Source: Peribolospora baueri (taxonomy: Eukaryota). Taken from it: DNA of 64,000 bases. Within the stretch, counting starts at the first letter, position 1; every line of letters begins with the position of its first letter. Positions 36,913 to 50,574 of the stretch are shown here, piece after piece. Made by a program: the position numbers and the translations under genes. The stretch lies in assembly GCA_029717555.1 (NCBI GenBank), contig JAMDHS010000055.1:1-64000 (forward strand). Reading direction: 5' to 3'. The notes beneath the pieces are model-generated. The model made no database searches. It had not been told where the DNA came from and worked only from the letters and a program-made list of their open reading frames with translations.

Positions 36913-39186
36913 ATGTCTCTCGGTCGCCCCACGCTCGGCTCATTCCGGGCTCTTTTGAGCAACCGGTGTTTGGCGCTCTTGCAAACACGAGCATTCGGTT
37001 TTCTTTCGCGCCCTGAACCTCCCCTTACGCCCGCGGACGCTCCAGCCGCCGCGAGCGGCGCCGCCCCGTCCAGCTCCATCGAGATTGGCACAGCGCACGC
37101 CGCCATCGCGCAGGCGCGCTCGCTGACGCCTTCCGAGGTGACGGCGAATGTGGGCGGAGAGGGAAGGGGATGGGCTGGGTGGGAGATCGGGCCGAGGGCC
37201 AGCACTCTGGTTCCCATCGTTGTGGAGCAGACGGTGAGCACGTAGGGTACGCGAGGAGATGTAGGAAGGTCGCTTGCAGGCGTTTGCTCGCGCTGCACCC
37301 CAGCTTCCGACCTCCTTCTTGAAAGGCAGGGGCACATATCCGGATCATCGCTCTCATATGAACGTGCGGGCCATTAAAAGAGCTTCCTTGACTCACTCCC
37401 CGACATCGCTTCCTCCCTTCCTCCTTTCCATGGAATGTCATCGTGTGTCCTTCAGGGCAAAGGAGAAAGGTCGTATGATATCTACTCACGACTGCTCAAA
37501 GAGCGCGTCGTCATCCTGAACGGTCCAGTGAGCGTGCGGAAACGAGCTCGCCTCGGCCTTCGTGGCAGTTATTCCCTTCCTTTTTGCTTCTTGTGGACGA
37601 CACTCGCCGACTTGGGTCTGATCGATTCTGTCCTATTACCTCCCGTACCTACTCCCAAAAAGATTCTGGACGACCTCTCCTCGCTTGTCGTCGCCCAGCT
37701 TCTGCACCTCGAAGCCGAGAAGCCATCGGCGCGGATATCCCTGTACATCAACAGTCCCGGAGGAAGTGTTACTGCCGGACTCGCCATCTACGACACTGTG
37801 AGTGTCCGGCATGTGCGCCGGCGGTGGACTTGCTTCTCGTGGTTGGCGACGTTAGAGAACTGCTGCCACGAGTGGCCTGGCTGGCTGACTGACTGACAGA
37901 CTGGCTGGCTGACTGGCTGGCTGACCGATAGTCTTGTTTGTTCCCTCGCGTCACCGTGCTCGGCTCGATGAATGACCGCAGATGCAATTCATACAGAGTC
38001 CCGTGTCAACTTTCTGCATTGGCCAGGCGAGCAGCATGGCTTCTCTTCTGGTAGCGGGAGGTGAGAGGTTGGAATGAGAGGATGAACGAGATATGGACGG
38101 CCACATAGACGAACGGCCAGTGGATCCGCGCTCTTTCCACACGAGACGCGTGCGCTCATGTTTCACCCCTCCTTCCCCCAACCCCCCCTGATCTCTCTCT
38201 TTTCTACCCTTTCTCACGCCGCACGCAGGCGAAAGAGATCAGAGGTATGCTCTGCCCAACGCCAGCGTGATGATCCACCGTACGTGTCCGCGGCGACAGA
38301 CAGCGGATCGGGCGTGACCGGCTGGCCCAGCGCCTTTCCGCCACCGCTTGTCCTGACGTGACCTACCGACCGATCGGCTCTTTTCCTTTTTCACGATTTG
38401 ATCCATCATCCTCTTCGTCCGAACCCACGCTGCCTCTCCCAGAGCCGTCCGGCGGCGCATCCGGGCAAGCCTCCGACATCGCCATCCACGCCAAGGAGAT
38501 CCTGCGGGTGCGTAAGCGGCTCACCGAGATTTATGGGAGACATTGCATTATGGAGGGGGAGGAAAGGAGCGAGGTGGAGGAGCGGTTCGGTGAGTATTTT
38601 TTTGTCCTCGTCTTCTATCCTTTCCTGATGGTTGAGGATCAGTTCCGTCGTCATCTATGGGGAGCCTTGAAACTCATGCGCTGTCGCCTCGCAAAACGTC
38701 GTATCCGTCCTCTCCATTTCACTCCGCGTATCCTGTTCGCTCTTCCTACAGAGCGGGCTTTGGAACGTGACTACTTCATGAACGGTGAGCAGCACCGTTC
38801 GTCTCGCCGTGGGTGACAATAAAGTACAGCGAGGTAGGACGACGATTCTCATTCACTTCGCTCCTCTCGTTCGCCGTCGTCTCCCCGCTACTCTCAACGC
38901 CAACGTCAACGTCGCCCGCCTACCTCTGCTGTGCGGTACGGCAACCTCCCCATGCCGTCGCCCGCGGCGGTCCAATCCAACAACGCGCGCTCGGCCGGCA
39001 TCGACAGCCGAAGAAGCCAAAGCCTTCGGCCTGGTGGACCACGTGATGAGCCGACGCGGTGAAGCGGACCAATGGCAGCAGTCGTCTAATCCGCCCCCGC
39101 ACAGAGGAGGAGGAGGCGGCAGCGGCGGGAATTCGGGCAGGTCGGCTTTGTCATCGTCGTCGTCGACGGGAGGGGAGATGCCCTGA
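36913..39186 (+). CDS. CLPP: Mitochondrial ATP-dependent Clp protease proteolytic subunit
   Basis: Presequence-like N-terminus; [69 protein letters not shown]. Confidence 0.96.
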
Positions 39187-39794
39187 TCCGGCTTTTGACG
39201 TGCGTCTCGCGACCTGTGGCATGCGTCCCCAGACGTTCAAAAAAGGGAAGCGAGTCTGCAGCGCGCGCGACGCTGTGTCGTCGCTGCGAAGCGAAGGGTG
39301 TGCACATACACGGGAGACCGTGTGGTGGTGGGGGCCGCTGTTTGATGTTTGCGCGGGCCTACTCAGGATGCGGCGCCGCGTAAGAAGGGCACACCGTCCG
39401 GATCGGAGGCCGGGAGACGCCTCTTATGTGCATACGGTACGGCATGCGAGGCGAGGATGAACGAAAGAGGCGTGGAATGCGTCCTGTGTTGCGAAGTCGC
39501 GTCCTCCGTCGCTCGCTGGACGGCGGGGCTGTTCGGCGTCAAAATCGGACGAGAGAACGGAAGCCTGCTCATCTCGGAGACCCTCGACCGAACGAGCGGG
39601 GTGGAGATCTTCACCAGATGGGGAACTGCCTTTTGCTGTACCCAATTTGGGCGCTTCGAGTTACTTTCCATGACCCTTCCGCCTGACCAGTTCCCTAGCC
39701 GAAGGGTATGAAAAGATAACCTCGGAAGTGGTGTCCTCGGCCATTCCGTGGTCGTTCGGCCCGCTCTTTCGACCGTCGTCCCTCTCTGTGTCCA

Positions 39795-40505
39795 TCACGA
39801 GTGTCTGAAGTACTTCTCTCCCACCCAACGGGCTATGACGAAGTAGGTGCCGACGGGGATAAGCGTGGGGACGAGGTAAGGAAGGTACGAGGCGGTTCGC
39901 TGTTGTGGGAAGGGATGGAAAAGGAAAGCGGGTGGGGGTGAGTGAGGGCGTTCTGATCTGCGAGCTGGTATCGATGGAGGGAGGATATAAAAAAGGGAAT
40001 GACAGAAAGAAGGAAAGGAACCCACCACCGAATTGCGGGGTCCCTCGTCGGCGCCGCCAAGCGGGGGTCCGTTCAAGACGAGGCAAAGGCCGCCGAAAAA
40101 GGCGAGCGAGGAGAAGAGGAGGAGGGCGTATCCTTTCCAAACGAGCGCGTCGGCGTCGGCACTCGGACCACGACGGCGATCATCACTACTCGCACCGGCG
40201 AAGACGCCATCGTCGGCGACGTCTACGTCTACGTCTACGCCGCCGCCGCCTCCGCCGTCGCCGATGAACGCGCGCAAAAAGTTGGACCGCGTGGGCGACC
40301 AAAAGCCCGGCGCGGCTCCACCTCCCGCCCCGGCAGCGGCGGCGGCGGTGGCCTCGCCTCCGGAGAGGCTCAGAAGGGAGGAGCGCTGGCGTGTGCTGGC
40401 GTGTGCTTGGCGGTGCGTCGGCGGCGGTGGGCGATGCGGGTTGATGGTCAGGGCGGGTTTGGATGACGGTGAAGGGGACGGTGCGGGTGGGGGTGAGGGT
40501 GGCAT
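39795..40505 (-). CDS. PIG-Y-like GPI-GlcNAc transferase subunit
   Basis: TM GYALLLFSSLAFFGGLCLVL and C-terminal YLPYLVPTLIPVGTYFVIARWVGEKYFRHS*, typical of the PIG-Y family; one probable intron. Confidence 0.75.
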   Translation of the reverse strand: MPPSPPPAPSPSPSSKPALTINPHRPPPPTHRQAHASTRQRSSLLSLSGGEATAAAAAGAGGGAAPGFWSPTRSNFLRAFIGDGGGGGGVDVDVDVADDGVFAGASSDDRRRGPSADADALVWKGYALLLFSSLAFFGGLCLVLNGPPLGGADEGPRNSVVGSFPSFCHSLFYILPPSIPARRSERPHSPPPAFLFHPFPQQRTASYLPYLVPTLIPVGTYFVIARWVGEKYFRHS

Positions 40506-43500
40506 GCTCGCGTCCAACCGCCCACAGCGACACGAATCAATCAATCAATCGGCTCAAGTCGTGCCGAAGTCGCAGTTTCCGGTTCGCCTGTATGACATGC
40601 GCAAGCTGTCATGTCGTCGTCATCGAAGAAGAAGACGGGGCACAGAGGGGAGCGGCGTGCATGGAAAAGGAGGGGCATACGTACAAAGCACACGCGGGCG
40701 ATTGCTCGGGGTGGACCGTTGGTTTTCAGACCCCGTCCGCGCCGCCGCGCCGCTCGTGGATGGAGATAGCTGACTGGCACACTGGGTAAGAGCTGGAGGA
40801 GGACGGGTGTGGAGCAGATGGGTGGGCGAGATGAGATGGGAGGAAATGGATCGAGCCGCCCACCGCCTTTTTTTTCTTTTTTTGCGCTCAGCGTCGTCGA
40901 TCGATATCCGCTTCTTGTCGTTCGGGCCTGGCGTGGATGACGAAGGTGAACGGTAGAGTGAGAAGATCCGTCCCCTCCGTCCGCCGGCCGCAGCACCCGA
41001 CGGCTGCGGCAGGAGCTGCGGCTGCGGCTGAGCACGACGACAGCCAGGCGAGGGCGAGCCGCGGCGAGAACGGCCGACTGGACTCGGCTCGGGCGGCCGC
41101 CGCTTCTGCGCGGGCGAGGAGGCAACCAGAGGCGGCGACTGCGGCGACACGCGTGGCCTGCCTGTCGAGCAGGGTCTGCAGCAGCTTCCTTCATAAGCAT
41201 AAGGGTTGCTAAGAAGCATGGCGGCGAAAGCGACTTGCCGACTTGGTGCAGGTCTGATCAGATAGATCTCACGCGCCACTTTCTCTCTGCCCCGCCCTCG
41301 CTCGTCTCCACCGCCGTTTATTCTAGGTGTTCCCCTTCGAACTAGCCAACTCGGCAAAGGTCGTGAAGGAAGGAGGCGCGTCTGTCTCGCTTTCGCTTCG
41401 CAGGCGACACGCCCGCCGCTCACTTGCCTTTTTTCGAGCATGGAGGGACGCGAGAGGGAAGAAAAGAGGGACGGCCGGGTGGCGGACGGGGCAGTCTCGG
41501 CTGTTCCTTCTGCTCCTGCCGCTGGCCAGCCGCGCATGCGCTTTCCTGCTCGACTCGTGTTTCGCCGGCTGGCTTTGCCGTTCTTCGGCTTAGCCCCCAG
41601 CGCCACGAGGATCACACGGGCTGTGCGCGCGGGTAAAGGGTGAAGGGTTAGAAGGAGATGGGCGAGCGACAGGCAGACGGGGCAGACAGACAGACAGACA
41701 GGCAGATAGACGACGGACGGGGCGACAGACAGACAGACAGGCAGAACAGGCAGCAGAGGGCCGCATGCACGTAACCGATATGGGCATGGATATACGGTGT
41801 GCAACGCACAGCCGAGTGCCGCCGAGCGGCGCGGCGCGTTTTGCCTGTCCCAACCAGTCCCCTTTCGTACGTCCATCGAGGACCGCACCGGACGGACGCG
41901 ACGGTGGTCGAGTTGTTTGGACACGGCGGACGGCACGGCACCGTCGTTCGGCGCGCTACTCGCTTCCGACAAGGTTACCATAGTTGGTCAGTGGCTCAGG
42001 TATGAATTCGTAAATGAATGAGAGAATGAGAATGAAAGGATCGGTCGCTTATTAGGCAGCACGCGCGCTGTTATGCATCGGCGTCGACCCGGGCAAACGG
42101 TTGGGCTGAGGGGTCAAGGCGAGACTGGGCAGAACAAGGACGGTACAGGTCATGTGTGGCGTTGGCGTACGCGCCGTGCGTGAACATCAGCACGCCTCTT
42201 CATCGATTTTAGTTTACCCGGCCTTGTTTTTCAGACCTCTAAGGACGGCGCGAAGGCGAAGGCGAAGCGAGGGAGCGCCCGCGCCCGAGGCGAATGGGCG
42301 CGCGTGTGGCGTTGGTTGCTTCTCTTCTTCGGTACGAGCGGCGGGAGAGCCGGACAGACGGGCGAGACGGAAGGGGGAGTATGACTGGCGCTTGCGACGA
42401 CGCTGCAAACATTCTACCCCGCCCTGTTAGCTGCTAGGGCGCTCAGCGTCAGCGCCCGAGATGTTTTGAAACGTGCACGCCGTCGCTGCCACCGCCAAAG
42501 CAACTGGAATGTGGCTAGCCGAGCTCCACCGCGGGCGAAGCGAGCGCCGTTTCGTATTACGTGCATGCCATCCATGCGTGCCTCGCCTGTGCTTGCATGC
42601 GAGAGACGGGGAAGAAGGGGGAGTAGGAGAGCGTGGGTGGAAGGAAGGGTGAGGAGTAAGCTGATCAGTCCCGGCAGGTGATCGGTCCGTCGGTCGGTCG
42701 TTCGGCTTCTCGCCCGCCAAGCTGCGTGTCCCTCGGGGAGAGGAAGAACGAAAGCGAGACCGAGACCGGTGGCACGCGCCTGCAGTCCGCTCGCTCGCTG
42801 GCGTCGCCGTGTCGCTGCTCGCTGCCTCTGCTTGGCGAAACAGACGAAGCGGAGAGAGAGGGCGGAGGGGGAGGACTACGAGCGCAGGCTTGTAGTACGT
42901 ACGGTACAGGAGACACGAACGGACGGACGATGAAGCGGTTCGTCTTGTCTTGGGCTTGGCTGGCACGCGGGGGTGCAGTTCAACTGGGTGCAAGTGTAGC
43001 CGAAGCGCAGTCCAGCGGGTCGGTACGTGAGCCACTAGACTGGGCACGCTCGGGGAAGGCGTAAAAGGGAGGTGAGTAAGCCGTTGACCGGCGGCGGCGT
43101 GCCAATTGTGGGTGCGCCTAAAGAAGCACTGGCCCGATAGCGACGGACGGCCGTGTTGTGAGAGAGGGCCCGTCGGCGATCGATCGATTCTCTTCCCACC
43201 TCCCATCTTGGGTTGGTCGAGGCGAGGCGAGGCGAATGACGTGGGGCGCTCGCTCGTGCCGCTTGCGCTTTCCTGAAACGCCGACGGCGACGGTCTGGAG
43301 CGAGAGTCATGTACAGCACCGCACAACGCTGGGATGTGCATGGGGCTAGCCCCGAATCGTTGCTGTATGTACTGTGCTGTGTTGTACACCCACCTACCTA
43401 CCTAACTTCTGATGGATTATGTAACTCGGCGCTCGTTTTGGAAGGTCGGGCCCATCACCGCACCGCCTTTTACTTCCCCCCGCTTTTCCTTGCCGCTTCG

Positions 43501-46097
43501 GAGATCGGCCGCGGTCGCCGACGCCGAGGGAGCGACGAGGGAAGGCGGTGGCGATAACGACGAGGCAGGCCGGCGGATGCGACGGCGTGGAGAGAGGAGA
43601 GGAGAGGAGAGGAGAGGCTTGTCCTTAGGAACGGACGAGTTATCGGCGAAAGCGTCGGTCAGGCAAACCGAGTCTCCCAGGTACGGCGCGCATGTTCACG
43701 CCGTCCATCCATCCTTGCGGGATGCAACGAGCGTCGTGTTCGTACGTATATGGACGCCAGTTAAGCATGCCATGCAAGCAGCACGCCGGTCACTGCCCCT
43801 CTCTCTCGCCTTTTTCGGAAGCGAGCTGGTGTTCCTTCATTCATTTCGTTTTTCATTTTCCCTTGTTCTTGCCACGCCCTCGTCGTGGGTCCGCGGCGGG
43901 GGCGGCTGAGTGCAAATGAAAGCAAGAACGTGCGCCCGTCCGTCCGTCCCTCCTTCTCCTTCTCCTTCTCCTTCTCTTCTCAGACCAAACCAGAGAGACC
44001 AGACCAGACCAATAATGAGCGCACGTTCGTCGTTGGTCATCACGGACCTGCCCGGCGAGCAGAATGAGGGGCGTAACTGTAGGTGTAGGTAGCTGTAGCT
44101 GCTGCGATTCGATTCGATTCAGCTCGCCGGTGGTGGTGTGGTGGGTTAGGGACGTACCCCCTCCTTCCCTCGAATGCTCGCTTTTGTCACCAAGCTGGCT
44201 CTCGCCGCGCTTTTGATAAACGCACCATGTGGTGTATGCAGTGCCTTCACGTAGTCACATCGTCACATCGTCGTGTACGTGTATACGTCTGTATGTATGT
44301 ACGTAGGTATGTACGCAGGGTAGACTTGGAAGGGAGACGCGAGGCGACGCGAGTGGAAGGAAGGGTGGAGTGGTAGTAAGTAGGCCAGGTAGACAGGGGA
44401 GGGCCGTCACAACGCAACGAGTGCGTGTGCGTATTTGTCTTATTCGACGGGCGGAAAGAGAAAGAAGGGAAGGGGATGGAGGGAGGGTGGTGTGGCACAT
44501 ACAAGAGCCCCACGCCTCCGAATTTTTTTTTCTCTTTTTCCCTCTTTAACTTTGGCCTTTTTCTTCCCTCGTCGCCTGGCCTGGCTTTGCTTCCTCGCCG
44601 ACGATCCCGTCCAGCCGTTCGCCGTCCGTCCATCCATACACCCATCATCGCATCATCGCAAAATCGCATCGATCACATCGGCATCACGCCTTGCCCGCCT
44701 CGGGTCTCGCATCCGCCCCCCCCTCCCTTCTCCCTCGTTTCTCCCCTTCTCTTCTCGCCTTCCCTTCCCCTACCCCCCCTACCCTCCGTTTGCTTCCGGC
44801 CGCCCAGGTCTGGCGCGTTCCGCCCAGTCGGTCGGTCGGACCGACCCTCGCCTCGTTCCCCTTTCCTCCCTCTCTCGCTGCCGCAGCCTAAGCCGCCGGC
44901 TCCGCCTTCCCTCTTCCCTCCCGTCTGTCTGGTCTGTCTGAGAGAGAGAGAAAGAGTGTGTGTGCGTGTGTGTATCTCCCCCAACCCTCCCCTCCCGCCC
45001 TGGTAACCTGCGGATAGGAGGAAGGGTATAGATAGGATAGTCGACTGACTGGGCGAACGCGCGAGGAGATAGGTAGGGAGCTCGTTTAGATCGTCGTCTC
45101 AGACTGCAACGGACGGACGGTCGGTCGGTCCCGGCGGCGCAAAAAGACGACGCGGGACGAAGGACGGGAAGGAGAGGCAGGACAGACGGAGGGATAGTCA
45201 GTCTGGCAGCGAGCCAAGCCAGCGCCAGGCAGCCAAGTCGTTTCGGACAGGATAGCAGTGGATAGATAGGAAGGAGACAGAAGGACAGGATACATACGGC
45301 GCGGGACTCGACTCGGTTGGTTGGTCGACGGAGGGACGAAGGGACGACGGATAGACAGACAGACAGACAGAAAGACGCCATCTGTCTGTCCCTCCCCTCC
45401 CTCTTCCTCGCCCCCTCCTTGACCTTGTCCTTCCGCGGTAGCACCCGCACGATTGACCGACGGACGAGTGAGTGAGCTAGCTGGCTGAGTGAGCTGACTT
45501 GGCTGGGCCGCATCGTCGACCCCGCGCCGGCTTGGATCCGCCTGTCGGTCGGTCGGTCAGTATCCGTCCCGTCGCCTCCTTTCCTCCTCCCTCGGTCCAT
45601 CCACGCCTCTGCCGTTCCCGTCCCTCGGATTCGAGATCTGATCACCTAAAACCGCTTTTCCTTCCGCCCGACGCTTTTCGTACATATACACCACCGAGCC
45701 GACGCGCGACGCACGAGAGGAAGCGAGAGACTTGACTTGGTTTTGACTCGGTTTCGTTCCTTCCCTTTCTTTTTCACCATCACCTCCACACACCCGCCGC
45801 TTGTTCACCACCACCACCACCACCACCACTACCACCGCTACCACCACCACCTCGACGCCCGCCCTCGTCGCCCCCTTATCCTCCCTCCTCCACCACCTCG
45901 CGCGAGCGCATTCCTCCCCACCCCCCACGCTCGCCATTCCCGCCCTCGACGCTCTCGTGGCCTTTCAGAGCCCGCCCACCATAGCCACCATTCCCCCCCA
46001 ACGTCGTCGTCATCCTCCCCCCGCCCGCGACCGCCTCACCCTCCAGGACCTCCTCAACCCTGCGCCCCCGCGCTCCGCCTCCTTCGCCTCGGAGCGC

Positions 46098-47842
46098 ATG
46101 CAGGTCGACCAGGACGAGCCCGCGGCGGCGGCCTCCTCGACCTCACATCTCCCCCCCGCCGCTGCCGCCACTACCACCACCACCACCGCCACCGCCATCG
46201 CCCGATCCGCGACATCCTCGGACAGCGATGACCACCCCGATCGCCCCCGCGTCTTCTTCGACATGCACTTCCCCCCACCACGGCCCACCGACTCCGGCGC
46301 CCGCTCCCACTCGCCTCCCTCCAGCGCCAACGGCTCCCTCTCCCCGTCTCCCCCCGCCGAACCTGCCGCCGCCCAGATCAATGGTATCACCAGGCGTCAC
46401 CGCATCGTCATGGAGCTCTACTCCGACATTGTCCCCAAGACCGCAGAAAACTTTCGCGCCCTCTGCACCGGTGAAGCGGGCAACGGCCTTTCCGGCCTCC
46501 CGCTGTCCTACAAAGGCAGCGTCTTCCATCGGTGAGCGCCTTCCGTTCCGTGCCTGCTTCTCGCTGCCCCTCTCATTTTTTTTTCTTTTCCCTTCCAGCG
46601 TCATTCCAAAGTTCATGGTCCAAGGCGGAGACTGTGCGTAGCCCACCCGTTCTCCCACCCTCCCCGATCCCGCTGACCCCGCTCGTCCACGCTCTCCCAC
46701 TTCCCTCCAGTCACCAGGGGTAACGGCACCGGCGGAGAGTCGATATACGGTGAAAAGTTCGAGGACGAAAACTTTAACGGCGGAAGTCACGATCGGCCGT
46801 TCCTCCTCAGTATGGCCAACGCCGGTCCTAACACGAACGGCTCTCAGTTCTTCATCACCACCGCGCCGTGTACTTATTTGGACGGGAAACACGTCGTCTT
46901 CGGCCGCGTCCTCAAGGGCCGCTCCGTCGTTCGTCGCATCGAAAACGCTCCGCGCGGAGCGGACGATCGGCCCACGACGCCGGCCGTCATCTTGGCCGCC
47001 GGCCAGCTCGAGCTGGGAGAGCAGGACGGCGTCGAGACAGACCCGTCCGGGGATACGCATGAGGACTACCCCGAAGATGAGGAGGTGGATACGGAGAAGG
47101 TGCGTGTGCCGATGATGGACTTTTCGCATACCCTCCCTCTAATCCTTGTCTGCTCGCCGCCCTGCCTCTATCTTACCCTCGTCTCCTCCCGCCGCCTTGC
47201 AGCCCGAAATCGCTTTCCGCATAGCCTCCGAACTCAAAACGATCGCTAACGACCTCGTCAAGCTCAAACAGTATGAAGACGCCATCGCCAGTGCGTGTGA
47301 CCCCCGGTTCTTCCTTTCCACTCTGCTCTCCTGACCGATCGCCTTTGTCCCAAACAGAATATCAAAAAGCGATCCGCTACCTCAACGTCCATCCTGTCCT
47401 TCCCGACTCGCACGCCACCATACCGTCCTTCGTCAAAGACTGGAATGCTCTCCGCACCACCATCCAGCTCAATCTCGCCCAGTCCGCCGTCGCCGGAGGA
47501 CACCCGCAGCCAATGCTGGCCAAGGAAATGTCGACGATCGTGCTGGACAAGCGGGATCTGCTTGACTCTCAACAGGTCGCCAAGGCTTTGTTCAGGAGGG
47601 CCAAGGCAAAGTGAGCGACCGGTTTGCCTCTTGTTTCCAAGTCGCCTCTCACCCACCTCGCTTTCTCTTCTCCCAGCGTCCTGCTCAAGGAAGACGCGAA
47701 GGCCGAGGCGGACCTCCGAGCGGCGCAGGCCATCCTACCCACCGACGCCGGCATTCGCGCCGAACTTGCCGCCGTCCTCGCCCGTCGCGAGGCGCGCAGG
47801 CAGCGCGAACGCGCCGCATACTCCAAGATGTTCCAGTCTTAG
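46098..47842 (+). CDS. Cyclophilin-40-type peptidyl-prolyl isomerase (cyclophilin domain plus TPR region), Cpr6/PPID-like
   Basis: [73 protein letters not shown] region with KALFRRAKA; ends AAYSKMFQS*. Confidence 0.95.
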
Positions 47843-50574
47843 TAGCCAGCCGCCCGTCGTTCAAACGGCGCGCTACCCCACTTGCCCCGCCGGTCCCTTG
47901 ACCGCACTCGAGGGCGCTTCTGAACAATCCTCTCTTGGGGCTTGGGTGGTCCACTTGGCCTTTTTTTTTTTTTCTTTTCGTTCTCTTTGCGCCCTCGCGC
48001 TCCTTTCTCATTGCCACTCGGCATACATTAGTCGACCGCGCATAATGCTCCCCCGCTGCCCCATCTCGCTCCCAATTTTCTCCTTTTTTTTCTCTCTCTT
48101 CCCTTCTCCTTCTCTTTGCCCTCGCCCCTGACCGTCCGTCCGCTCTCACACGACGTTCTTCTCTGCAGATAGCATAACGCAGCCCAGCCTCTGAACCGGT
48201 CACCACAGTCCGTTCCGTTCCGCTTCCAATCATCCTCTTTTTCTTTTTTATCTCACCATCCATCGACTGGCTAAACTGATCCCCTTCTGGCATTCTCTTC
48301 TCTCTCGGAAGCATGTACAAATTAGGCTCGTTCGTTCGTTTCGTTCGCTTGACCGGACGACGGCGAGGTCGGTGTCCGTTCGCCCACCTCGTCTCCCTTC
48401 CATTTCTTTTTTATTTTCTTTTTTCCTTCCTTTTACCTTTTGTCCTTTGTCCGTTCGCTGTCTACCGCCCGCCCGTCCATCGCGATGGCTCTCGTTTACC
48501 GATCCGATCCGATCTGATTGCTGTCCTCGTTCATGTCCCATTTGTTTTTTTTTGTTGTTATCCCATCCCTTCAACCCACGTTCACGTCCACGTTCCCGAC
48601 ACACACACAGCATCCTAACCTATCCACGGACCGTCGTCCTCGCTCGCTCTCGCCCCGCCCGCTCGCTCACGCCTTCCTTGCATATTCCATCGTGCAACTC
48701 ATCGTCGTCCTTTTGCTGTCCGATCCGACTCCATTCCACGGACCCTGTTAGAGCGAACGGGTAAGATAAGACGGGCTCTCTTTCTAACTTGGGGACTTGG
48801 GAACTCGGGGACTTGGACTTGGGATGGGTTTATGGCCATCGATGAGACGAGACGGCGACACACATGTTGATCACATCACATGTTCCCCTCCTTCGTTCCT
48901 TCGTTCGTACGGCGGGGGCATCGGGGTAGAGAAGGCGAGAGAAGAAGAGAGAAGAAGAGAGAAGGCGAGGAGGCGAGGAGGCGCTTAGCCTAACCCCTAT
49001 TACCTACCTTACCTTACTACCTACCTCCCGCTACGGAGCGGGAGCGAGAGCGAGAGTGAACGGGGCCGGGGGCCGGGCGGCGGGCAGGGAGGGAGGGAGG
49101 GAGGGATCGGGAGGAGGCCGGTGTGTGTGAGGTAGGAGGCTGGTGTGCGGGTGCGCGGGCGGGTGTGCGCGGAGGCGAGGGAGCGGAGGTGAAGGAGAGC
49201 GGAGACGAGGGAGAGCGGAAGGAGAAACGGAAACGAGAACGAGAACGGAGGCAGAGGCGGAAAGGAAGGTGGAGAGGACGTGAGGAGCGTTTCGTTCGTT
49301 CCTTCGTTCGTCGATCGGTTGGAATGGCGCATAGGCATGCGCTTTGTTTGCGCTTTGTTGCGTTGCGTCGAGTTTGCGTTGCTGGCGTTGCACGTATGTG
49401 GTACGTGGGTGGTACTTGCGAAGGTAGGTGAGAACGCCGACGGCGACGGCGGTTCCGTACGTGTCGGTATCGTATCGTATCGTATCGTCGAGCATATACG
49501 GAATACAGACGCCCGCCGAACGGACGAGGGATGAGAGCCACGGGCCGGCGGTAGGGCGAGCTGGAGGCGCACCAGGATTGCAACGGATTTCGTGCCGCGG
49601 CACGCTCCCGCCCCGGCCACCTGCGCAATTTTTCTTTTCTTTTTCTTTTTCTTTTTTTTTTTCGAGATTCCAACTTTTGACATTCGGTTTCACTTTCCGG
49701 TTTTCGGCTCCGCCTCCTTGATTCGATTCGATTCGATTTCGGCTCGCGTTTCTCTCGTTTCGCCAACATGATCTTCATGCGATCGACGGCGGGCGAAGGA
49801 TGTGCGCGACGGGATGGGATGGGATGGGCCGCCTTCCCTTTCCCTTCCATCGCGTCCGAACCCTTGGCCACACGCCCTTACCGTTCGCCCGTTCGTATCC
49901 GGGGACCGCCTGCGCCCGCGAGGGCTGTTGTTGAAAGTTCCGTCGGTTCGGCTCGGATGGGGTCAGCATTCAGCATTCCCGGAAGAACGGACGGACGAAC
50001 AGATGGACGGAAGGGGCCGCCGTTCGCCCATTGGGATCCTCGACGGAAGTTCGGTCGGTACGGATGATTCGGAAAGCTCGGAGCGCGTTAGTACCGACCG
50101 CACCAGTGCGCGGGGCGGGGCCTTCCTTCGGGGCCGCGTGCGTTTTCGTTTCGTCTTCTATTGGCTTGCGGCGGCGGCGGCGGGAGCGAGAACGGGGGGC
50201 GTGGGAAAAGAAAGGAGCGAGCGAGGGGATCGGGGAGGTGGGTAACGGCGGACGACGGGTCATGCTACCCGTGCCCTTGGCAGGCGTGGTGGGTAACAAC
50301 TAGCTAGGCGCTGGGTAGTATGTAGCAGTAGTACAGCGCCGCTCTGCATTCGGGTCTTGTCCGAACGCGTCGGACGAGGGCAATGAGTGGAGCAAGAAGA
50401 CCATGTCGGAAGCGATAGCGAGAAGCAGGGCGCCGCTTGCAGGCGCGAAAGGAACGGCTCTACTTAGGCTGGCTTGCTTGCGCAGAAGGACACCGACCGA
50501 CGGGACCGCCCCCAAAACAGCCGCCTCTAACGACGGCCCGGCCCGACGAAAAAATAATGCGGCCCGACCGCGGT

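Noticed and set aside
40620..41981. 453-aa minus-strand ORF
   Set aside because: Composition is dictated by microsatellites and high GC content; no domain recognised.
48000..50500. Several 100-280 aa ORFs between the cyclophilin and lipase genes
   Set aside because: SSR-derived low complexity, with no consistent exon chain.
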